Shown here one piece after another: positions 54,650-61,977 of a stretch of DNA of 64,000 nt. A model generated the notes under the pieces. That model searched no databases. It saw only the letters and a program-made list of their open reading frames with translations, and was not told the origin of the DNA. This DNA is from Bryobacteraceae bacterium (GTDB taxonomy: Bacteria > Acidobacteriota > Terriglobia > Bryobacterales > Bryobacteraceae), in assembly GCA_013388415.1 (NCBI GenBank), contig JACADU010000268.1, forward strand, positions 2,901 through 66,900, given 5' to 3'. The first letter of the stretch is position 1; each line of letters starts with the position of its first letter. The position numbers and the translations under genes were made by a program.

Positions 54650-55054
54650 GTGAAGTTTCTTGCCATTTTGCTCCGCTACTTCAGTATTGCCTTTTCTTTG
54701 CTGAGCGGGCTTTTCATGACCGGCGTCGCCCTCGTCCTTCTCATCTCGGGCGCAACCAACTTCAGGCTTGAAATGGTGCCCTTCTGGAAAGGGAATGCGG
54801 CACTCTACGCTGTTCTGGTCCTCGGGCTGTGCGGAATCCTGTCGGCCGTTCTCGCCTTCCTGAAGAAGCTCAGAGTCCTGCTCGTCGTTTTCAGCATCGT
54901 CCTGGCGGGCTTCATGATCTACGGCTTCTTTGTCAGCCCCGTCTACCGTTTCAGCGGAGCCGCCGAGGCCAAGAGCATGGCCTGGCTCACTTTTGGCGCC
55001 GTCGGCGCCTTCTTCGGTTCGCTCATGCAGTTCGAGAAGCCGCGGCGCGGCTGA
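54650..55054 (+). CDS. small four-TM membrane protein (hypothetical)
   Basis: The GTG at 54650 lies 4 nt after GGAGG. Four hydrophobic helices. Lies 73 nt upstream of the metzincin-like gene. Confidence 0.55.
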   Translation: MKFLAILLRYFSIAFSLLSGLFMTGVALVLLISGATNFRLEMVPFWKGNAALYAVLVLGLCGILSAVLAFLKKLRVLLVVFSIVLAGFMIYGFFVSPVYRFSGAAEAKSMAWLTFGAVGAFFGSLMQFEKPRRG

Positions 55055-55127
55055 TCCGGCTGTTTTCATCAAAGGCTGTCTTCCATCCCCCGTAATGGTG
55101 TATCCTTCAGCCCATCGGAGGGATGCG

Positions 55128-57140
55128 ATGAATTCACCAATCAGCGGCCTGTACAGGGCCGTGACGCCCGCGGGCTCGCGGGCTGGCGAGCAATTTCGGC
55201 TCGATGTGGACGGGCACTATCCACAGATGGCGGCCAGCGGCGTTGTCTTTACCGCCGGACTCGGCAGGACCGCGTGGATGGCGAAGCTGCGAAGCGCATC
55301 CGGCGGAGGCTTTTCCGGATCCGTCTTATACCGTCATCCGGCGGCGCTCTCAGGCTTTCCTTATACGACCTTGCAGATCAAGGTCAGGAAAGCATCGACG
55401 CCTTCCGAGCAGCCGGAAATCAGGGTGACGTTCCGCTCAGCGGGGTTTCAGCGCCGCACGGTCACCTATCAGCGTGTCTCGGCAGCCTTCGACACAGTCG
55501 CATTCGAGTACGACCACGTGGAAGGCATCACGCCGGTCATTTCATTCGACACCGGTTCGCACCCGAACCGGCCACCCGGCCTTCCCGTGGAAGACCTCAG
55601 TATCAAGACGGTCTACGAGCGTTCGGGCTTCGACGTTCAGGTTTCGGGCGCCAGTCCGGTCCCTCTGGCCGGCGCGGGGGCCAATCAGGCCTGGAATGAC
55701 ACCGAAATGCACGACGCCATGCAGACCGCGTGGTCGCGCAACGCAAACATCGCCCAATGGGCCATGTGGGTCTTCTTCGCCAACCAGTACGAAGACCCGG
55801 ACACGGGGCAACCGGAACCCGGCATGGGCGGCATCATGTTCGACTCCACCGGCCGGGAGCGGCAGGGCACCGCCATCTTCTACGACTCTTTCATCTCCGA
55901 ATCGCCGCCGGGCGACCAGAATGCCGCGGCCTACGTCGCGCGGATGCGCTTCTGGACGGCGGTTCATGAAATGGGCCACGCATTCAACCTGCTGCACTCC
56001 TGGCAAAAGGCGCTGGGGACGCCCTGGGCTGCCCTGGCCAACGAGCCGGAGGCGCGCAGCTTCATGAACTACCCCTACCGGGTCATCGGGAAAGTGCCCG
56101 CCTTCTTTGCGGACTTCGAGTACCGCTTCACCGATAATGAACTGCTGTTCCTCCGGCACGCTCCCAGGCAGTTCGTTCAGATGGGCAACGCGGCGTTCGC
56201 GTCCTCTCACGGATTCGAAGAAGCGCGTGTGAGCCCGGCGCCGGACCTGGCTCTCGTTATCCGCTTCAACCGGCCCAAGCCGATCTTTGAGTTCATGGAA
56301 CCTGTCGTCGCCGAGGTGAAGCTGACCAACGTCTCACGCGCGCCTCAGATCGTCGACCAGACTCTGCTGTCGAATCTGCACGAGTTGTCCTTCATGGTGC
56401 AGAAGGATGGCGGCCCGGCGAGGGAATACCACGGCTTTGCGACGTATTGCCGAGAGGCAAAGCCGGCGGTTCTCCAGCCTGGAGACTCGCTCTACAGCTC
56501 GGTGTATCTGGCCGCGGGCGCCAACGGGGTAGATCTCGCCGAGCCGGGCTATTACACCATCAAGGCCATGCTGACCCTGGAGCACGAGGACATTGTCTCG
56601 GCTCCCGTCCGTGTGCGCATCGCGCCGCCGAAGGGCTACGACGACGAGTACGTGGCGCAGGACTTCTTCTGCGAGGATGTAGCGCGCGTGATGAACTTCG
56701 ACGGCTCCCGGGTTCTGGACGGCGCCAACGACACGCTGCGCGAAGTCGCCGGGCGGCTGAAGGGCAGCGCGGCCGCCCGCCACGCCGGCATCGCCCTCGC
56801 CATGCCGCTGCGCGTTGAAGGCAAGGTGCTCGACTTGGCTGGAGGCGCTGTCAGGAAGATCAGCGCCAAACCCGCCGCCGCCCAGAAGGAACTCTCAAGC
56901 GCTCTGCTCTCCAAGCCGGCTGAAGCCGCGGAAACGCTCGGCCATGTCGATTTCAAATACTACGTTGACCGGCTGACGGATCTGCTCGCCTCCGAAGGGG
57001 ATTCCGCGGCTGCGCGCGAAGCCCAGCAAAAGCTGCTCGCCGTTTTCGAAGCGCGCAAGGTCAAGCCTCGCGTTCTCGAAGCCATCCGGCGCAGAGAGGA
57101 GAGCTACGGCTCGGAAGGCAAGAAGCGCAAAAAGAAGTAA
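55128..57140 (+). CDS. metzincin-like zinc metallopeptidase-domain protein without signal peptide, with lysine-rich C-terminus
   Basis: VHEMGHAFNLLH (HExxHxxNxxH) is followed by SFMNYPY, a Met-turn-like SxMxY. About 320 aa lie N-terminal and 370 aa C-terminal to it. The protein ends GKKRKKK. An alternative ATG is at 55095. Confidence 0.6.
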   Translation: MNSPISGLYRAVTPAGSRAGEQFRLDVDGHYPQMAASGVVFTAGLGRTAWMAKLRSASGGGFSGSVLYRHPAALSGFPYTTLQIKVRKASTPSEQPEIRVTFRSAGFQRRTVTYQRVSAAFDTVAFEYDHVEGITPVISFDTGSHPNRPPGLPVEDLSIKTVYERSGFDVQVSGASPVPLAGAGANQAWNDTEMHDAMQTAWSRNANIAQWAMWVFFANQYEDPDTGQPEPGMGGIMFDSTGRERQGTAIFYDSFISESPPGDQNAAAYVARMRFWTAVHEMGHAFNLLHSWQKALGTPWAALANEPEARSFMNYPYRVIGKVPAFFADFEYRFTDNELLFLRHAPRQFVQMGNAAFASSHGFEEARVSPAPDLALVIRFNRPKPIFEFMEPVVAEVKLTNVSRAPQIVDQTLLSNLHELSFMVQKDGGPAREYHGFATYCREAKPAVLQPGDSLYSSVYLAAGANGVDLAEPGYYTIKAMLTLEHEDIVSAPVRVRIAPPKGYDDEYVAQDFFCEDVARVMNFDGSRVLDGANDTLREVAGRLKGSAAARHAGIALAMPLRVEGKVLDLAGGAVRKISAKPAAAQKELSSALLSKPAEAAETLGHVDFKYYVDRLTDLLASEGDSAAAREAQQKLLAVFEARKVKPRVLEAIRRREESYGSEGKKRKKK

Positions 57141-57150
57141 GCGCAAGAAA

Positions 57151-57181
57151 CCGCCCCGCTCTTTCGACGAGAGCGGGGCGG
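57151..57181. terminator. perfect 12-bp GC-rich hairpin, bidirectional terminator between the metzincin-like gene and rpsT
   Basis: CCGCCCCGCTCT, then loop TTCGACG, then AGAGCGGGGCGG. Flanked by AAGAAA on the left and CTTTCC on the right. Confidence 0.75.
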
Positions 57182-57211
57182 CTTTCCGGTTGGAATCGGG
57201 TTGAGAAGAGA

Positions 57212-57487
57212 CTATGCAGCCGAGGTCTGCAAGGCCTTCACGCGGGCATGCAGCCTCGCCTTGTAACGGTTGGCTGTATTGACCTTGATCACGCCCCACT
57301 TGGCGGCGCGGTCGACCATCGAAAACGTGGCAGGCAACAATTTCCCGGCGGTCTCAGCATCCTTCTTGTCCAAAGCCCTCCGCATCAACCGGATGGCGTT
57401 CCTCATGCGGCTCTTCCGAACCTTGTTCACCGCCGTGCGGCGCTCCGTAATGCGCACACGCTTCAAAGACGAAAAGTGATTGGCCAT
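57212..57487 (-). CDS. rpsT: 30S ribosomal protein S20
   Basis: [33 protein letters not shown]... AGGAAG lies before the ATG. Confidence 0.9.
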   Translation of the reverse strand: MANHFSSLKRVRITERRTAVNKVRKSRMRNAIRLMRRALDKKDAETAGKLLPATFSMVDRAAKWGVIKVNTANRYKARLHARVKALQTSAA

Positions 57488-57741
57488 TGCTTCCTAGACA
57501 GACCTCGGGTGAATCGTACTTCCTCAGAATACCGCACGCCGGGCGTAACAGTCAAAACGCCCATTTCCGGCAGCGGGCTCCTCTAAGCAGAATGCCGCCG
57601 CCGGCGGATGCCCCCTTTAGTACCAAAGTTGGCCTCCACTTGCCGGCTCCCCGCCGATTCCCGTCCCTGTTTCAGCCAATCAGCCGATTCAGGATTTCCG
57701 GCAATTCCATCTACACTCGGATTGGTACACAACAACAGGCT

Positions 57742-57969
57742 ATGTCAACCACACTGCCACGCCCGGGGAAGGGTTACTACACCGAAACCGAAGCCGCCCG
57801 CGTTTTGGGCGTCTCCGTCGAAACCCTTCGCTCCCTCGTCCGGCAGCACATCCTCTCGTCCGACCCGGAGGCGGAAGTGAACCTTCCGATGACCACCTTC
57901 CAGCCATCCGATCTCCTGCTCCTGCGCTTCCTGCGCCAAAGTCAAGATGCCGCTGCGGTGGCCCGGTGA
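57742..57969 (+). CDS. small excisionase/MerR-type HTH protein (hypothetical)
   Basis: YYTETEAARVLGVSVETLRSLVRQ HTH pattern. 75 aa from the ATG at 57742. The upstream part of the track ORF looks non-coding. Confidence 0.45.
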   Translation: MSTTLPRPGKGYYTETEAARVLGVSVETLRSLVRQHILSSDPEAEVNLPMTTFQPSDLLLLRFLRQSQDAAAVAR

Positions 57970-57994
57970 GTGGATGTAAAATCCGCCGCAGCGC

Positions 57995-58024
57995 TTGACT
58001 TTCGCCATTTCTTCGCATCATACT
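57995..58024 (+). promoter_or_regulatory. sigma70-like promoter upstream of the DinB-family gene
   Basis: TTGACT-N18-CATACT (or N17-TCATAC), about 28 nt before the ATG at 58052, which is preceded by GGAGGG. Confidence 0.35.
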
Positions 58025-58051
58025 GAAGCTCCCACGGAGGGATTTCAGCAA

Positions 58052-58528
58052 ATGATCAAGCAGGTTCTCAAAGCCGAACTCTCGGCTGCCCACGAGTACT
58101 TCAACCGTTCCACCCGGGAGTTGACCGAAGCCGACTCAGGCTTCGCTCCCAAAGAGGGAATGTTCACGGCAGCGGCGCAGGTCGCGCATGTTGCCCAAAC
58201 GATCGAATGGTTCGTCGACGGAGCTTTCGCTCCCGAGGGATTCTCGATGGACTTCGAGGCGATGGACAAGGAAGTCAGGTCCTGCGCTTCGCTCGCCGAC
58301 GCCCGGGCGCGGTTTGAGAAAGCGGTGGCTCACGCGCACAGAGTGATCGACGACCACAGCGACGAGGAGTGGATGGCCGCGCTACCGCCCGGCCCCATCA
58401 TGGGCGGGCTGCCACGGAGCACCATTTTCGGAGCCATCAACGACCACACTGCTCATCACAGGGGTGCGTTGACCGTTTACGCGCGGCTACAGGGCAAGGT
58501 TCCGCCCATGCCGTATATGGAGATGTGA
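58052..58528 (+). CDS. DinB-family protein
   Basis: AAQVAHVAQTIEWF and INDHTAHHRGALTVY are the histidine-bearing helices typical of DinB/YfiT. Confidence 0.75.
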   Translation: MIKQVLKAELSAAHEYFNRSTRELTEADSGFAPKEGMFTAAAQVAHVAQTIEWFVDGAFAPEGFSMDFEAMDKEVRSCASLADARARFEKAVAHAHRVIDDHSDEEWMAALPPGPIMGGLPRSTIFGAINDHTAHHRGALTVYARLQGKVPPMPYMEM

Positions 58529-58579
58529 GACACCTCTCCCATCGACTTCGGGGGCCTCGGGGACATATCCTGGGGTCCT

Positions 58580-61500
58580 ATGTTCCCGCTGTTACTGGCC
58601 GCAGCCCTGGCCGCAGGGGCGCCCTTGGCGGCGCAGACCCTGACCATCACGGAGGTCACCCGCGCCCGCGACAGAGCCGCCGCCAGCCGGACACTGAGCG
58701 AGACCGAACGAAAGCAGGTGCTGGGGTTCTACGACGAAGCGCTGGCCTCGCTCGATTCGGCGCTTCGGTTTGAGGCCGCCCGTGTCGGGCAGCAGCGGAG
58801 GCAGGCGGCCGCGCGGCTGGAACTGGAGAGTCTCAGGCAGGCAGCCGCGCAGCCCAAGCTTGTCCGTTCCCTGGCGGCCGCCGAGGCGCCGACTCTGGAG
58901 GCGGCGGAAGAGGCACTGGATCAGGTTCAATCAGAGAAGCAAAGCCGGCAGCGAGCGTTGGCGGAGCTGCAAAAAGTCGCCTCAAGCCTGGCCAAACGCC
59001 GCGAGGAAATCAACCAGCGCCTGGCGGATCTGGCCCGCCGTCTCGAGGAAGTCAGCGACGAACTGGCTGTGGTCCAACTCACGTCGGCTTCGGAGGTTTG
59101 GGAGGCGGCAGCGCGCACGCGTCTGGCGGCCGGTCAGCAAGCCGCCCAAGCGGAACGCGCCGCGCTTGAAGCCGAGAAGACGACGATGGAAGTCGTTCGC
59201 GAGATGCTGCCGCTGCAACGCGATGCCGCTCAAGCCCGCCTGGAAGCCATTGAGGGGGAACTTGACAGACTCCGCCAGCGCCTGTCCGAGGCTGAACTCC
59301 GCGACGCGAAGGAGAGGATGGCCAAGGCCCAGAAAACGGCTGCCGATCTCGCCAGCAGGCAGCCGCTTCTTCAACCCATAGCCCGCGACATCCGCCTGCT
59401 TTCCGAAAGCGTCTGGGGCCCGGCAGGACTCATGGCGGAGGATCGCCGGCTGGCCAACATGACCACGCGGTGGCGGGATCAATGGCTTAAACTGCAGCAG
59501 CTCTCCGAATCCATCAAGCGCCGCTATGCGGCGGCGGGCCCTCTCGCCCCGGCTGGGGAGTGGCTGCAACATCTTCCCACGGACCTCCCGAGGCGCGAGC
59601 AATTGCGGCTCGCGCGCCTGCGTGTGTTTCGAGCCGCCGCCGCCGCGCGCAGGAACATGGTGGCGGTGGAAGAACAGCGGTCCGTCGAGCCGGCAGTGGA
59701 GACGCAAGTTGAGCGGATTCTCGCGGCAGCGCCAGGGGCTCCGGAGCAGAAGGACCAACTGGAAGTTCAGGCGCGAACACTGCTCGAACTGCGGCGCTCC
59801 ATTCAGGACGAGGCGCTGCGCACGGGCCAGAGCTTTGAAGACCGGGCGGCGGAGTTCGATCAACTCTCGGCCCAGATGCTCGCCGGCCTCGAGGACATCT
59901 CGATGTTCGTCCGCCGCCGCATTCTTTGGTCGCCCAGCGTCTCAAGCGGATCGTGGCACTCGGTCTCCGATCTTTGGTCCGCCATGTCCTGGCTTCTGTT
60001 CAACCCGGACTGGCTGCCTATGCTCAAGGAGGCGTCGTCTCCACAGTGGCCGTTGCTGATTTGGGTTGGGTGCGCCATCCTTGCGTGGCTTCTACTGTGG
60101 CGGCGGGCGCGCTTTCGCTTACAACTCAGGAACCCCGGGCAGGATCAGGCGGCCGCCGCGCTTCGTCCTCGGTCGCGGCGGCTCCTCTCGGCGACCCTCC
60201 TTACTGCACTTGCGGCTTCAGGCGTTCCAGCGGTTCTATTCGCGCTTCATGGGTTCTTTGGCCTGGCCGGTTCATTCAGTCTCGGCCGTTCGGTTTCATC
60301 GGCGCTGCTCGGAACATCGGCTCTGCTTTTCCTGTTGGTGTTCCTGAAAGAGGTTGTGGCCGGCGATGGACTGGCCGAGTCAGTTCTGGATTGGGATCGC
60401 GCCATATGCGGGGAGATGGGTCAGGAGCTTCGTTGGCTGAGCGCCGTCCTTCCGCCGCTGGCTTTCGTCTTCCTGACGCTCCAGGCTGAAGGGAGCCTGA
60501 TCTCCGACGACCTTGCGCACCAGACGCACAACAATTCTCTCGGCCGCCTGTGTTTCCTTGGTTTTCTGGCGTGCATCTTCATCGCCTGCTGGCGTTTGCT
60601 CAGGCCGTTTGGCGATGTGGCGATCGCCATTCGCAGCCGATTCGAGCAGCATTGGCGGTTTTCCTGGCGCTTTGCCTCGCGGTTCTTCATCTGCGGCGTC
60701 ACGGCCGTTCTGATCCTGCTGACGGCGCTCGGCTTCTACACGACAACACTCCTCTTCGCCCGATGCCTTTTCGGAACTGCGATCCTCACGCTGGCTCTGG
60801 GGATCCTTTCCGCTCTCCTGCTTCGATGGCGGATGGACGAGCGTGAGGCGCTGAAGTCGCGGAGCGAATCCACAGCGGAAGCCGCCGACCGGGCCGAGTC
60901 ACAGGTCCGCCAACTGAGCCGCTTCGTGGTGACTGTTCTCTGGCTCTTCGGCGCCCTCATCATCTGGGCGGACGTGCTGCCGTCAGCATTTCTCCTCGGC
61001 CAAGTACAGGTGTACCCGTCAATCGCCCTGGTGAGCGCCCAACAATCTTCTGGCGCTGCCGCCGCTCCCGCCGCCCAGCAGGCGGGCGCGCCGGCGGCGG
61101 TCCCTCTCCCTTTGCCGGGCTTTTCTTCAAAACAGGAGACGGCCAAGCCCGCTGCTGCCGCCGCGAGCCCGCTCTATTTGACCGACATTCTCCTGGCCAT
61201 CTTCGCCGGAATCATCGCGACGATCCTCGTCAAGGATGTTCCCGGTCTCCTCGAGTACCTGGTGCTGCGCCGCCTCAGCCTCGACAAAGGAGCGCTTTAC
61301 GCGATCAGCACCATCACGCGTTACATCGTCACAATCCTGGGCGTGATCACCGTTTCGTCGATCCTCGGAATCCAGTGGAGCAAGGTGCAGTGGCTGGCTG
61401 CCGCGCTGACCTTCGGCATCGGATTCGGGCTGCAAGAGATCTTCGCGAATTTCGCCTCCGGCCTGATTCTTCTGCTGGACCGCTCCATCCGGGTCGGCGA

Positions 61501-61972
61501 CGCCGTGACCGTAGGCGAATTGAGCGGGCGGGTGTCGAACATACAGATGAGGGCGACGACGATTACTCTCTGGGATCGCAGCGAAATGGTTGTGCCCAAC
61601 AAAGAGTTCATCACCAGCAAGCTGGTCAATTGGACCCTGTCTTATCCTGAGACGCGCGTTGACGTGAAGGTCGGCGTTGCTTACGGCTCCAATCTGGAAC
61701 TCGTCAGGAAGACCCTTTTCAGCATCGCCGAGAGCAACCCGAACGTGCTCAAAGATCCTGCGCCCGAGGTCTTCCTGATGCAGTTCTCCGACAGCTCAAT
61801 CGTCTTCGAACTCCGCGTCTTCACACTGTTTGAAACCGGCCGCCTCACAGTCCTCGATCAGCTTCAGATGGAGGTCGACCGCAGGTTCAAGGAAAACGGG
61901 ATTGTCATCGCCTTCCCGCAACTCGACGTTCACATCAACCCTTCTGAATTGCCAGGGCCGCCGGCAGCGTAG
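58580..61972 (+). CDS. large mechanosensitive channel (MscK/KefA-like MscS family)
   Basis: Signal peptide, a long coiled-coil periplasmic region and multiple TM helices. The MscS core is GIGFGLQEIFANFASGLILLLDRSIRVGDAVTVGELSGRVSNIQMRATTITLWDRSEMVVPNKEFI. Confidence 0.85.
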   Translation: MFPLLLAAALAAGAPLAAQTLTITEVTRARDRAAASRTLSETERKQVLGFYDEALASLDSALRFEAARVGQQRRQAAARLELESLRQAAAQPKLVRSLAAAEAPTLEAAEEALDQVQSEKQSRQRALAELQKVASSLAKRREEINQRLADLARRLEEVSDELAVVQLTSASEVWEAAARTRLAAGQQAAQAERAALEAEKTTMEVVREMLPLQRDAAQARLEAIEGELDRLRQRLSEAELRDAKERMAKAQKTAADLASRQPLLQPIARDIRLLSESVWGPAGLMAEDRRLANMTTRWRDQWLKLQQLSESIKRRYAAAGPLAPAGEWLQHLPTDLPRREQLRLARLRVFRAAAAARRNMVAVEEQRSVEPAVETQVERILAAAPGAPEQKDQLEVQARTLLELRRSIQDEALRTGQSFEDRAAEFDQLSAQMLAGLEDISMFVRRRILWSPSVSSGSWHSVSDLWSAMSWLLFNPDWLPMLKEASSPQWPLLIWVGCAILAWLLLWRRARFRLQLRNPGQDQAAAALRPRSRRLLSATLLTALAASGVPAVLFALHGFFGLAGSFSLGRSVSSALLGTSALLFLLVFLKEVVAGDGLAESVLDWDRAICGEMGQELRWLSAVLPPLAFVFLTLQAEGSLISDDLAHQTHNNSLGRLCFLGFLACIFIACWRLLRPFGDVAIAIRSRFEQHWRFSWRFASRFFICGVTAVLILLTALGFYTTTLLFARCLFGTAILTLALGILSALLLRWRMDEREALKSRSESTAEAADRAESQVRQLSRFVVTVLWLFGALIIWADVLPSAFLLGQVQVYPSIALVSAQQSSGAAAAPAAQQAGAPAAVPLPLPGFSSKQETAKPAAAAASPLYLTDILLAIFAGIIATILVKDVPGLLEYLVLRRLSLDKGALYAISTITRYIVTILGVITVSSILGIQWSKVQWLAAALTFGIGFGLQEIFANFASGLILLLDRSIRVGDAVTVGELSGRVSNIQMRATTITLWDRSEMVVPNKEFITSKLVNWTLSYPETRVDVKVGVAYGSNLELVRKTLFSIAESNPNVLKDPAPEVFLMQFSDSSIVFELRVFTLFETGRLTVLDQLQMEVDRRFKENGIVIAFPQLDVHINPSELPGPPAA

Positions 61973-61977
61973 GTGGT

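Noticed and set aside
57488-57741. Possible tRNA, SRP RNA or other structured RNA in the long spacer upstream of rpsT.
   Set aside because: I could not find a cloverleaf, a T-loop GGTTCGAATCC-type box or the conserved SRP motif by eye. It is kept only as a low-interest finding pending covariance-model scans.
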